This document shows, piece by piece, positions 26,301-39,939 of a DNA stretch of 64,000 nucleotides; positions within the stretch are counted from its first letter, which is position 1, and the number at the start of each line of letters is the position of its first letter. The DNA comes from Squalus acanthias (Eukaryota): NCBI GenBank assembly GCA_030390025.1, contig JASTWF010000334.1, positions 186,001 through 250,000 on the forward strand. The letters run 5' to 3'. Below the pieces are notes generated by a model, which did not search any database, was not told where the DNA came from, and saw only the letters and a list, made by a program, of their open reading frames with translations. The translations under genes and the position numbers were made by a program.

Positions 26301-28000
26301 GTAACACTGCAGATAGAGGAACGTACACTGAGTGTAACACTGCAGATAGAGGAACGTACACTGGGTGTAACACTGTAAATAGAGGAACGTACACTGGGTG
26401 TAACACTGTAGATAGAGGAACGTACACTGAGTGTAACACTGCAGATAGAGGAAAGTACACTGGGTGTAACACTGTAAATAGAGGAACGTACACTGAGTGT
26501 AACACTGCAGATAGAGGAAAGTACACTGGGGTGTAACACTGCAGATAGAGGAACGTACACTGGTGTAACACTGCAGATAGAGGAACGTACACTGGGTGTA
26601 ACACTGCAGATAGAGGAACGTACACTGGGTGTAACACTGCAGATAGAGGAACGTACACTGGGTGTAACACTGCAGATAGAGGAACGTACACTGGGTGTAA
26701 CACTGTAGATAGAGGAACGTACACTGGGTGTAACACTGCAGATAGAGGAACGTACACTGGGTGTAACACTGCAGATAGAGGAACGTACACTGGGTGTAAC
26801 ACTGTAGATAGAGGAACGTACACTGGGTGTAACACTGTAGATAGAGGAACGTACACTGGGTGTAACACTGCAGATAGAGGAACGTACACTGGGTGTAACA
26901 CTGTAGATAGAGGAACGTACACTGGGTGTAACACTGCAGATAGAGGAACGTACACTGGGTGTAACACTGCAGATAGAGGAACGTACACTGGGTGTAACAC
27001 TGTAGATAGAGGAACGTACACTGGGTGTAACACTGCAGATAGAGGAACGTACACTGGGTGTAACACTGCAGATAGAGGAACGTACACTGGGTGTAACACT
27101 GCAGATAGAGGAACGTACACTGGGTGTAACACTGTAGATAGAGGAACGTACACTGGGTGTAACACTGCAGATAGAGGAACGTACACTGGGTGTAACACTG
27201 CAGATAGAGGAACGTACACTGGGTGTAACACTGTAGATAGAGGAACGTACACTGGGTGTAACACTGTAGATAGAGGAACGTACACTGGGTGTAACACTGT
27301 AGATAGAGGAACGTACACTGGGTGTAACACTGCAGATAGAGGAACGTACACTGGGTGTAACACTGCAGATAGAGGAACGTACACTGGGTGTAACACTGCA
27401 GATAGAGGAACGTACACTGGGTGTAACACTGCAGATAGAGGAACGTACACTGGGTGTAACACTGCAGATAGAGGAACGTACACTGGGTGTAACACTGCAG
27501 ATAGAGGAACGTACACTGGGTGTAACACTGCAGATAGAGGAACGTACACTGGGTGTAACACTGTAGATAGAGGAACGTACACTGGGTGTAACACTGTAGA
27601 TAGAGGAACGTACACTGGGTGTAACACTGTAGATAGAGGAACGTACACTGGGTGTAACACTGCAGATAGAGGAACGTACACTGGGTGTAACACTGTAGAT
27701 AGAGGAACGTACACTGGGTGTAACACTGTAGATAGAGGAACGTACACTGGGTGTAACACTGCAGATAGAGGAACGTACACTGGGTGTAACACTGCAGATA
27801 GAGGAACGTACACTGGGTGTAACACTGTAGATAGAGGAACGTACACTGGGTGTAACACTGCAGATAGAGGAACGTACACTGGGTGTAACACTGCAGATAG
27901 AGGAACGTACACTGGGTGTAACACTGTAGATAGAGGAACGTACACTGGGTGTAACACTGTAGATAGAGGAACGTACACTGGGTGTAACACTGTAGATAGA
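11363..28000. repeat. 33-bp minisatellite, consensus GATAGAGGAACGTACACTGGGTGTAACACTG(C/T)A, about 500 units, runs into a gap
   Basis: Directly visible tandem array of ~16.6 kb with point and 1-bp indel variants. Confidence 0.98.
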
Positions 28001-28200
28001 NNNNNNNNNNNNNNNNNNNNNNNNNNNNNNNNNNNNNNNNNNNNNNNNNNNNNNNNNNNNNNNNNNNNNNNNNNNNNNNNNNNNNNNNNNNNNNNNNNNN
28101 NNNNNNNNNNNNNNNNNNNNNNNNNNNNNNNNNNNNNNNNNNNNNNNNNNNNNNNNNNNNNNNNNNNNNNNNNNNNNNNNNNNNNNNNNNNNNNNNNNNN
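28001..28200. other. Assembly gap (200 N, true size unknown)
   Basis: Run of N between two different minisatellites. Confidence 1.
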
Positions 28201-31200
28201 TCACTGACTCTCACTGGGGTACAGTTCCACAGACACTTGACTCTCAATGGGGTACAGTTCCATGGGCACTGATTTCCACTGGGGTACAGTTCCACAGGCA
28301 CTGACTCTCACTGGGGTACATTTCCACAGGCACGGACTCTCACTGGGGTACAGTTCAACAGACACTGACTCTCACTGGTGTACAGTTCCACAGGCACCGA
28401 CTCTCACTGGGGTAAAGTTCCACAGGCACTGAATCTCACTGGGGTACAGTTCCACGGGGACTGACCCTCACTGGGGTACAGTTCCACGGACACTGACTCT
28501 CACTGGGGTACAGTTCCACAGACACAGACTCTCACTGGGGTACAGTTCCACAGGCACTGACTCTCACTGCGGTACAGTTCCATCAGGCACTGACTCTCAC
28601 TGGGGTACTGTTCCACAGGCACTGACTCTCACTGGGGTACAGTTCCACAGGCACTGACTCTCACTGGGGTACAGTTCCACAGACACTGACTCTCACTGGG
28701 GTACAGTTCCACAGGCACCTGACTCTTACTGGGGTACAGTTCCACAGACACTGACTCTCACTGGGGTACAGTTCCACAGACACTGACTCTCACTGGGGTA
28801 CTGTTCCACAGACACTGGCTCTCACTGGGGTACAGTTCCAGAGACACTGACTCTCACTGGGTACAGTTCCACAGACACTGACTCTCACTGGGGTACAGTT
28901 TCACAGACACTGACTCTCACTGGGGTACAGTTCCACAGGCACCTGACTCTCACTGGGGTACAGTTCCACAGACACTGACTCTCACTGGGGTACAGTTAAA
29001 CTGGCACTGACTCTCACTGGGGTACAGTTCCACGGGGACTGACTCTCACTGGGGTACAGTTCCACAGGCACTGACTCTCACTGGGGTACAGTTCCACGGG
29101 ACTCGACTCTCACTGGGGTACAGTTCCACGGGACTGACTCTCACTGGGGTACAGTTCCACAGACACTGACTCTCACTGGGGTACAGTTCCACAGACACTG
29201 ACTCCCACTGGGGTACAGTTCCACGGGACTGACTCTCACTGGGGTACAGTTCCACAGGACCTGACTCTCACTGGGGTACAGTTCCACAGACACTGACTCT
29301 CACTGGGGTACAGTTCCACAGACACTGACTCTCCACTGGGGTACAGTTCCACGGGCACTGACTCTCACTGGGGTACAGTTCCACAGGCACTGACTCTCAC
29401 TGGGGTACAGTTCCACGGACACTGACTCTCACTGGGGTACAGTTCCACAGGCACTGACTCTCACTGGGGTACAGTTCCACAGACACTGACTCTCACTGGG
29501 GTACAGTTCCACAGGCACTGACTCTCACTGGGGTACAGTTCCACAGACATGACTCTCACTGGGGTACAGTTCCACAGGCACTGACTCTCACTGGGGTACA
29601 GTTCCACAGACACTGACTCTCACTGGGGTACAGTTCCACAGGCACCTGACTCTCACTGGGGTACAGTTCCACAGACACTGACTCTCACTGGTGCTACAGT
29701 CCCCAGACACTGACTCTCACTGGGGTACAGTTCCACAGGACACTGACTCTCACTGGGGTACAGTTCCACAGACACTGACTCTCACTGGGGTACAGTTCCA
29801 CAGACACTGACTCTCACTGGGGTACAGTTCCACAGAACTGACTCTCACTGGGGTACAGTTCCACGGACACTGACTCTCACTGGGCTACAGTTCCACAGGC
29901 ACAAGACCTCACTGGGGTACAGTTCCATGGGCACTGACTCTCACTGGGGTACAGTTCCACAGGCACCGACTCTCACTGGGGTACAGTTCCACAGACACAG
30001 ACTCTCACTGGGGTACAGTTCCACAGGCACTGACTCTCACTGGGGTACAGTTCCACAGATACTGACTCTCACTTGGGTACAGTTCCACAGACACTGACTC
30101 TCACTGGGGTACAGTTCCACAGACACTGACTCTCACTGGGGTACAGTTCCACTGGGCACTGACTCTCACTGGGGTACAGTTCCACAGGCACTGACTCTCA
30201 CTGGGGTACAGTTCCACGGACACTGACTCTCACTGGGGTACAGTTCCACAGGCACTGACTCTCACTGGGGTACAGTTCCACAGGACACTGACTCTCACTG
30301 GGGTACAGTTCCACGGGCACTGACTCTCACTGGGGTACAGTTCCACAGACACTGACTCTCACTGGGGTACAGTTCCACGGACACTGACTCTCACTGGGGT
30401 ACAGTTCCACGGACACTGACTCTCACTGGGGTACAGTTCCACAGACACTGACTCTCACTGGGGTACAGTTCCACAGGCACTGACTCTCACTGGGGTACAG
30501 TTCCACGGACACTGACTCTCACTGGGGTACAGTTCCACGGGACTGACTCTCACTGGGGTACAGTTCCACAGACACTGACTCTCACTGGGGTACAGTTCCA
30601 CAGACACTGACTCTCACTGGGATACAGTTCCACAGACATTGACTCTCAATGGGGTACAGTTCCATGGGCACTGATTTCCACTGGGGTACAGTTCCACAGG
30701 CACTGACTCTCACTGGGGTACATTTCCACAGGCACGGACTCTCACTGGGGTACAGTTCAACAGACACTGACTCTCACTGGTGTACAGTTCCACAGGCACC
30801 GACTCTCACTGGGGTAAAGTTCCACAGGCACTGAATCTCACTGGGGTACAGTTCCACGGGGACTGACTCTCACTTGGGTACTGTTCCACGGGGACTGACC
30901 CTCATTGGGGTACAGTTCCACGGACACTGACTCTCACTGGGGTACAGTTCCACAGACACAGACTCTCACTGGGGTACAGTTCCACAGGCACTGACTCTCA
31001 CTGCGGTACAGTTCCATCGGCACTGAATCCCACTGGGGTACTGTTCCACAGGCACTGACTCTCACTGGGGTACAGTTCCACAGGCACGGACTCTCACTGG
31101 GGTACAGTTCCACAGACACTGACTCTCACTGGGGTACAGTTCCACAGGCACCGACTCTTACTGGGGTACAGTTCCACAGACACTGACTCTCACTGGGGTA

Positions 31201-34200
31201 CAGTTAAACTGGCACTGACTCTCACTGGGGTACAGTTCCACAGACACTGACTCTCACTGGGGTACAGTTCCACAGGCACTGACTCTCACTGGTGTACAGT
31301 CCCCCAGACACTGGCTCTCACTGGGGTACAGTTCCACAGGCACCGAATCTCACTGGGGTACAGTTCCACAGACACTAACTCTCACTGGGGTACAGTTCGA
31401 CAGACACTGACTCTCACTGGGGTACAGTTCCACAGGAACTGACTCTCACTGGGGTACAGTTCCACGGACACTGACTCTCACTGGGCTACAGTTCCACAGG
31501 CACAAGACCTCACTGGGGTACAGTTCCATGGGCACTGACTCTCACTGGGGTACAGTTCCACAGGCACCGACTCTCACTGGGGTACAGTTCCACAGACACA
31601 GACTCTCACTGGGGTACAGTTCCACAGGCACCGACTCTCACTGGGGTACAGTTCCACAGATACTGACTCTCACTGGGGTAAAGTTCCCCAGACACTGGCT
31701 CTCACTGGGGTACAGTTCCACAGACACTAGCTCTCACTGGGGTACAGTTCCATGGGCACTGACTCTCACTGGGGTACAGTTCCACAGGCACTGACTCTCA
31801 CTGGGGTTCAGTTCCACGGACACTGACTCTCACTGGAGTACAGTTCCACAGGCACTGACTCTCACTGGGGTACAGTTCCACAGACACTGACTCCCACTGG
31901 GGTACAGTTCCATGGGCACTGACTCTCACTGGGGTACAGTTCCACAGGCACTGACTCTCACTGGGGTACAGTTCCACGGACACTGACTCTCACTGGGGTA
32001 CAGTTCCACAGGCACCGACTCTCACTGGGGTACAGTTCCACAGACACTGACTCTCACTGGGGTACAGTTCCACAGGCACTTACTCTCACTGGGGTACAGT
32101 TCCACGGGGACTGACTCTCACTGGGGTACAGTTCCACGGGGACTGACTCTCACTGTGGTACAGTTCCACAGACACTGACTCTCGGTGGGGTACAGTTCCA
32201 CAGACACTGACTCTCACTGGGGTACAGTTCCACAGACATTGACTCTCAATGGGGTACAGTTCCATGGGCACTGATTTCCACTGGGGTACAGTTCCACAGG
32301 CACTGACTCTCACTGGGGTACATTTCCACAGGCACGGACTCTCACTGGGGTACAGTTCAACAGACACTGACTCTCACTGGTGTACAGTTCCACAGGCACC
32401 GACTCTCCCTGGGGTAAAGTTCCACAGGCACTGAATCTCACTGGGGTACTGTTCCACGGGGACTGACCCTCACTGGGGTACAGTTCCACGGACACTGACT
32501 CTCACTGGGGTACAGTTCCACAGACACAGACTCTCACTGGGGTACAGTTCCACAGGCACTGACTCTCACTGCGGTACAGTTCCATCGGCACTGAATCCCA
32601 CTGGGGTACTGTTCCACAGGCACTGACTCTCACTGGGGTACAGTTCCACAGGCACGGACTCTCACTGGGGTACAGTTCCACAGACACTGACTCTCACTGG
32701 GGTACAGTTCCACAGGCACTGACTCTCACTGGGGTACAGTTCCACAGACACTGACTCTCACTGGGGTACAGTTCCACAGACACTGACTCTCACTGGGGTA
32801 CTGTTCCACAGACACTGACTCTCACTGGGGTACAGTTCCACGAGACACTAGCTCTCACTGTGGTACAGTTCCACAGACACTGACTCTCACTGGGGTACAG
32901 TTCCACTGACTCTCACTGGGGTACAGTTCCACAGGCACCGACTCTCACTGGGGTACAGTTCCACAGACACTGACTCTCACTGGGGTACAGTTCCACAGGC
33001 ACTGACTCTCACTGGGGTACAGTTCCACAGGCACTGACTCTCACTGGGGTACAGTTCCACAGGCACTGTCTCTCACTGGGGTACAGTTCCACAGGACTCA
33101 CTCTCACTGGGGTACAGTTCAACGGGGACTGACTCTCACTGGGGTACAGTTCCACAGACGCTGACTCTCACTGGGGTACAGTTCCACAGACACTGACTCC
33201 CACTGGGGTACAGTTCCACGGGGACTGACTCTCACTGTGGTACAGTTCCACGGGGACTGACTCTCACTGGGGTACAGTTCCACAGACACTGACTCTCACT
33301 GGGGTACAGTTCCACAGACACTGACTCTCACTGGGTACAGTTCCACAGACACTGACTCTCACTGGGGTACAGTTCCACGGACACTGACTCTCACTGGGGT
33401 ACAGTTCCACAGACACTGACTCTCACTGGGGTACAGTTCCACAGACACTGACTCTCACTGGGGTACAGTTCCACAGACACTGACTATCACTGGGCTACAG
33501 TTCCACAGACACTGACTCTCACTGGGGTACAGTTCCACAGACACTGACTCTCACTGGGCTACAGTTCCACAGACACTGACTCTCACTGGGGTACAGTTCC
33601 ACAGACACTGACTCTCACTGGGGTACAGTTCCATGGGCACTGACTCTCACTGGGGTACAGTTCCACAGGCACTGACTCTCACTGGGGTACAGTTCCACGG
33701 ACACTGACTCTCACTGGAGTACAGTTCCACAGGCACTGACTCTCACTGGGGTACAGTTCCACTGACACTGACTCCCACTGGGGTACAGTTCCACGGGCAC
33801 TGACTCTCACTGGGGTACAGTTCCACAGGCACTGACTCTCACTGGGGTACAGTTCCACGGACACTGACTCTCACTGGGGTACAGTTCCACAGGCACCGAC
33901 TCTCACTGGGGTACAGTTCCACAGACACTGACTCTCACTGGGGTACAGTTCCACAGGCACTGACTCTCACTGGGGTACAGTTCCACGGGGACTGACTCTC
34001 ACTGGGGTACAGTTCCACGGGGACTGACTCTCACTGGGATACAGTTCCACAGACACTGACTCTCAGTGGGGTACAGTTCCACAGACACTGACTCTCACTG
34101 GGGTACAGTTCCACAGACCTTGACTCTCACTGGGGTACAGTTCCATGGGCACTGATTTCCACTGGGGTACAGTTCCACAGGCACTGACTCTCACTGGGGT

Positions 34201-37200
34201 ACAGTTCCACAGGCACGGACTCTCACTGGGGTACAGTTCAACAGACACTGACTCTCACTGGTGTACAGTTCGACAGGCACCGACTCTCACTGGGGTACAG
34301 TTCCACGGGGCCTGACTCTCACTTGGGTACTGTTCCACGGGGACTGACCCTCACTGGGGTACAGTTCCACGGACACTGAATCTCACTGGGGTACAGTTCC
34401 ACGGGGCCTGACTCTCACTTGGGTACTGTTCCACGGGGACTGACCTCACTGGGGTACAGTTCCACGGACACTGACTCTCACTGGGGTACAGTTCCACAGA
34501 CACAGACTCTCACTGGGGTACAGTTCCACAGGCACTGACTCTCACTGCGGTACAGTTCCATCGGCACTGAATCCCACTGGGGTACAGTTCCACAGACACT
34601 GACTCTCACTGGGGTACAGTTCCACAGGCACTGACTCTCACTGGGGTACAGTTCCACAGACACTGACTCTCACTGGGGTACAGTTCCACAGGCACCGACT
34701 CTCACTGGGGTACAGTTCCACAGACACTGACTCTCACTGGGGTACAGTTCCACAGGCACTGACTCTCACTGGGGTACAGTTCCCCAGACACTGACTCTCA
34801 CTGGGGTACAGTTCCACAGGCACTGACTCTCACTGGGGTACAGTTCCACAGGACACTGACTCTCACTGGGGTACAGTTCCACAGACACTGACTCTCACTG
34901 GGGTACAGTTCCACAGGCACTGACTCTCACTGGGGTACAGTTCCACGGACACTGACTCTCACTGGGGTACCGTTCCATGGACACTGACTCTCACTGGGCT
35001 ACAGTTCCACAGGCACAGACTCTCACTGGGGTACAGTTCCACAGGCACTGACTCTCACTGGGGTACAGTTCCACAGACACTGACTCTCACTGGGGTACAG
35101 TTCCACAGACACTGACTCTCACTGGGGTACAGTTCCACAGGCACTGACTCTCACTGGGGTACAGTTCCACAGATACTGACTCTCACTGGGGTACAGTTCC
35201 ACAGACACTGGCTCTCACTGGGGTACAGTTCCACAGACACTAGCTCTCACTGGGGTACAGTTCCACAGGCACTGACTCTCACTGGGGTTCAGTTCCACGG
35301 ACACTGACTCTCACTGGAGTACAGTTCCACAGGCACTGACTCTCACTGGGGTACAGTTCCACAGACACTGACTCCCACTGGGGTACAGTTCCACGGGCAC
35401 TGACTCTCACTGGGGTACAGTTCCACAGGCACTGACTCTCACTGGGGTACAGTTCCACGGACACTGACTCTCACTGGGGTACAGTTCCACAGGCACCGAC
35501 TCTCACTGGGGTACAGTTCCACAGACACTGACTCTCACTGGGGTACAGTTCCACAGGCACTTACTCTCACTGGGGTACAGTTCCACGGGGACTGACTCTC
35601 ACTGGGGTACAGTTCCACGGGGACTGACTCTCACTGTGGTACAGTTCCACAGACACTGACTCTCAGTGGGGTACAGTTCCACAGACACTGACTCTCACTG
35701 GGGTACAGTTCCACAGACCTTGACTCTCAATGGGGTACAGTTCCATGGGCACTGATTTCCACTGGGGTACAGTTCCACAGGCACTGACTCTCACTGGGGT
35801 ACAGTTCCACAGGCACGGACTCTCACTGGGGTACAGTTCAACAGACACTGACTCTCACTGGTGTACAGTTCCACAGGCACCGACTCTCACTGGGGTAAAG
35901 TTCCACAGGCACTGAATCTCACTGGGGTACAGTTCCACGGGGACTGACTCTCACTTGGGTACTGTTCCACGGGGACTGACCCTCACTGGGGTACAGTTCC
36001 ACGGACACTGACTCTCACTGGGGTACAGTTCCACAGACACAGACTCTCACTGGGGTACAGTTCCACAGGCACTGACTCTCACTGCGGTACAGTTCCATCG
36101 GCACTGAATCCCACTGGGGTACTGTTCCACAGGCACTGACTCTCACTGGGGTACAGTTCCACAGGCACGGACTCTCACTGGGGTACAGTTCCACAGACAC
36201 TGACTCTCACTGGGGTACAGTTCCACAGGCACCGACTCTTACTGGGGTACAGTTCCACAGACACTGACTCTCACTGGGGTACAGTTCCACAGACACTGAC
36301 TCTCACTGGGGTACAGTTCCACAGACACTGGCTCTCACTGGGGTACAGTTCCACAGACACTAGCTCTCACTGTGGTACAGTTCCACAGACACTGACTCTC
36401 ACTGGGGTACAGTTTCACAGACACTGACTCTCACTGGGGTACAGTTCCACAGGCACCGACTCTCACTGGGGTACAGTTCCACAGACACTGACTCTCACTG
36501 GGGTACAGTTAAACTGGCACTGACTCTCACTGGGGTACAGTTCCACGGGGACTGACTCTCACTGGGGTACAGTTCCACAGGCACTGTCTCTCACTGGGGT
36601 ACAGTTCCACGGGGACTCACTCTCTCTGGGGTACAGTTCCACGGGACTGACTCTCACTGTGGTACAGTTCCACAGACACTGACTCTCACTGGGGTACAGT
36701 TCACAGACACTGACTCTCACTGGGGTACAGTTCCACAGGCACCGACTCTCACTGGGGTACAGTTCCACAGACACTGACTCTCACTGGGGTACAGTTAAAC
36801 TGGCACTGACTCTCACTGGGGTACAGTTCCACGGGGACTGACTCTCACTGGGGTACAGTTCCACAGGCACTGTCTCTCACTGGGGTACAGTTCCACGGGG
36901 ACTCACTCTCTCTGGGGTACAGTTCAACGGGGACTGACTCTCACTGGGGTACAGTTCCACAGACGCTGACTCTCACTGGGGTACAGTTCCACAGACACTG
37001 ACTCCCACTGGGGTACAGTTCCACGGGGACTGACTCTCACTGTGGTACAGTTCCACGGGGACTGACTCTCACTGGGGTACAGTTCCACAGACACTGACTC
37101 TCACTGGGGTACAGTTCCACAGACACTGACTCTCACTGGGGTACAGTTCCACAGACACTGACTCTCACTGGGGTACAGTTCCACGGACACTGACTCTCAC

Positions 37201-37462
37201 TGGGGTACAGTTCCACAGACACTGACTCTCACTGGGGTACAGTTCCACAGACACTGACTATCACTGGGCTACAGTTCCACAGACACTGACTCTCACTGGG
37301 GTACAGTTCCACAGACACTGACTCTCACTGGGCTACAGTTCCACAGACACTGACTCTCACTGGGGTACAGTTCCACAGATACTGACTCTCACTGGGCTAC
37401 AGTTCCACAGACACTGACTCTCACTGGGGTACAGTTCCACAGACACTGACTCTCACTGGGGT
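28201..37462. repeat. 32-bp minisatellite, consensus CACTGACTCTCACTGGGGTACAGTTCCACAG(A/G), about 290 units
   Basis: Directly visible tandem array of ~9.3 kb. Confidence 0.98.
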
Positions 37463-37584
37463 GCTGTGCCTGTGCCCACCCTCAGTACGGTGCCAAGTTT
37501 GATGCTACCCGCACGATTTGAGAGCACTGTCACCAGTACAAGCAAAGCTCGGCGAGGATTTATACTCATGTCTCCCAGTATGGA

Positions 37585-37914
37585 GACACACACACAGACA
37601 CAACAGACACAGATACACACACAAACACACCCACCCACAGACACACATACACATAAACACACACAGAAACACAGACACTCACGCACCCACCCACAGACAC
37701 ACACACACCCACAGACACACACAGAAACACACAGACACTCACGCACCCACCACAGACACACACACACACCCACAGACACACACACACACACACACACACA
37801 TGGACACACTCACCCACCCAGACACCCACACACACCCACAGACACACACACACACAAACACACATGCACGCACACACACACACACACATGCACACACCCA
37901 CCCACCCACAGACA

Positions 37915-37987
<73 letters not shown>

Positions 37988-38063
37988 CTACCCATAGACA
38001 CACAATCACACAAACACACGCACACACGTACGTACCCATCCACCCACAGACTCACACACACAC
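37585..38063. repeat. Degenerate (CA)n microsatellite
   Basis: CA-rich low-complexity run; it explains the HT/CV ORFs in the track. Confidence 0.95.
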
Positions 38064-38101
38064 ATCCTCTTTGATTCTGAATTGGAACTGATACCACTTA
38101 C

Positions 38102-38214
38102 TGGCTGGATCCTTTGCGTGGGTACAGAGAGAACCAGATGTCGTACAGCTGCTGTTTGAATTCCTCCTTGTTCACTTTCGCCCTCCCCTTCTTGACTAAA
38201 TAACTGTGAGCAAT
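38102..38214 (-). CDS. endou: EndoU/XendoU-family endoribonuclease exon (IAHSYLVKKGRAKVNKEEFKQQLYDIWFSLYPRKGSS)
   Basis: Acceptor cttttcttctcag| and donor |gtaagt; 113 nt, phase 0-2. The FK.QLY.IWF.LY.R motif precedes the DSSGFEHVF catalytic exon in EndoU proteins. Confidence 0.88.
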
Positions 38215-38309
38215 CTGAGAAGAAAAGGGAAGAAATTTTAGGAACTGTAAGTGGCAAATAACCCCAACAGGTTCAACCCTTTCTGGTAGATTGAACCCAG
38301 CTACCAAAC

Positions 38310-38909
38310 GTCTCCCCATATCCCTCAACCCACTTTCTCCCATAACCCTCAACCCACCATCTCCCCATATCCCTCAACCTCACCTACCCACCTTTTCTCC
38401 ATATTCCTCAAACCCACCTCCCCGCCTACACCCCATATCCCTTAACCCACCTACCACCTTCTCCCATGTCCCTGAAGCTCACCTACCTACCTTCTTCCCA
38501 CATCCCCCAACCCTACCTTCTCCCCACTTCCCTCAATAACACCTACCCACCTTCTCCCCATATCCCTCAACCCCATCTACCCACTTTCTCCCCATATCCC
38601 TCAACCCCATCTACTCACCTTCTCCCCGTATCCCTCAACCCCATCTACCCACCTTCTCCCCATATCCCTCAACCCCATCTACCCACCATCTCCCATATCC
38701 CTAAACCCACCTGCCCACATTCTCTCCATATCCCTCAACCCCACCTACTCCCCATATCCCTGAAACCCATCTGCTCCTCATATCCCTCAAACCCACCTAC
38801 ACACCTTCTCACCATATCCCTCAACCCACCTACCTACCTTCTCCATATCCCTCAACCCACCTGCCCACCTTCTCCATATCCCTCAACCCACCTGCCCACC
38901 TTCTCACCA
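38310..38909. repeat. Pyrimidine-rich degenerate tandem repeat (ccttctccccatatccctcaaccccacctacc-like), left part
   Basis: Visible tandem units; the same repeat resumes after the Harbinger element. Confidence 0.9.
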
Positions 38910-39939
38910 AGGCTGGAATTTTCTTTACCTGGGCGGGTCCGGTGCGGGCAGTCACCATGGCCGGTTGTGACCCCATTCTTGCTTCCACCCCACTGCAGAA
39001 ATCAACTTTGCGCTAATGGGGCCATTAAGCCCGCCCTGTGCGTTACCCGGCCCTATTAAATGGTGCAGGTCTGATGACGTGATCGATGACACATTTTCAG
39101 CCGGGATATTTAAAGGTGCCATGGCCACATTGGCCCTGAAATTCGCCTCTCCGGCTTGCCGTGGGGGTAAGGATCGCGCGCGCACTTACCTCCCGCGCCT
39201 GCCGTTGACCTCTGGGCCCACGGGAACTTCAGCTCCTGGGCCTGCTCCAAGTGCCGGCGCGCAGTGCTTGCATGTCCCAGGGGCGTAGTTAGTGCGATGC
39301 GTCCCCTGGGATCACGTGGGCCATGGAGAGCCAATGGCAGCAGACCATCTTTCATTCATAGATTTGACAGGAAGACCTGTCAAATCTATGAATTGAAATC
39401 GGCCCCAAAAGAACAGCTAAACTTCAAATAAATTTTTAAAAAAACCATCACATTTATAAAATAACTATAAGTTAAATAAATTAACTACTTTAAACAAAAA
39501 TTTTAATTTTTGAAAAAATTAAAATACTTTTTAACAGTGCTAAAAATAAACTTACCTTTCTTTAAAGTATCTAAAAAAGATAAACCTGTTGAAATTTTTT
39601 TTAAATTATAATTAATTAACCACTTACCTTGTTGAAAACGGGTCTTGCGCCTCCTTTTTAAAAGCGCAGGTTCTTCAATACTTACCCTCCCGGAGAAACC
39701 TGAAAAAAACCCTAAGTTTGCTGCGTGCGCGCAGCCTCTACCGCGCACGCGGTTCACCTCTCAACCCCTCCCTTCACCAGACATGCAGGAAACCGGCACT
39801 TCAGGTGGCCTTACGGGTGAGTACACAGCGCGTACTCACCCAGCAAGTGCCAAAGTTTTGGCCCATTGTATTTAAAGGTTCATCTAGGAGTGTGCAGTCA
39901 CTGCACTAAAGCTTTTGATTGTTTCAAACACTTGGAAAC

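Noticed and set aside
11309..28301. Very long ORFs (up to 2418 aa; LHPVYVPLSAV, SVTPSVRSSIC, QCYTQCTFLYL)
   Set aside because: A 33-bp unit lacking stops in several frames produces them automatically. Frames switch at 1-bp indels and there is no gene structure.
11363..37462. CRISPR-like appearance of the 32-33 bp repeats
   Set aside because: Units are directly adjacent with no unique spacers, there are no cas genes, and the context is vertebrate.
37453..37585. Unique segment between the 32-bp array and the CA repeat as the next EndoU exon
   Set aside because: No minus-strand frame gives DSSGFEHVF or any other EndoU motif, and there is no convincing acceptor.
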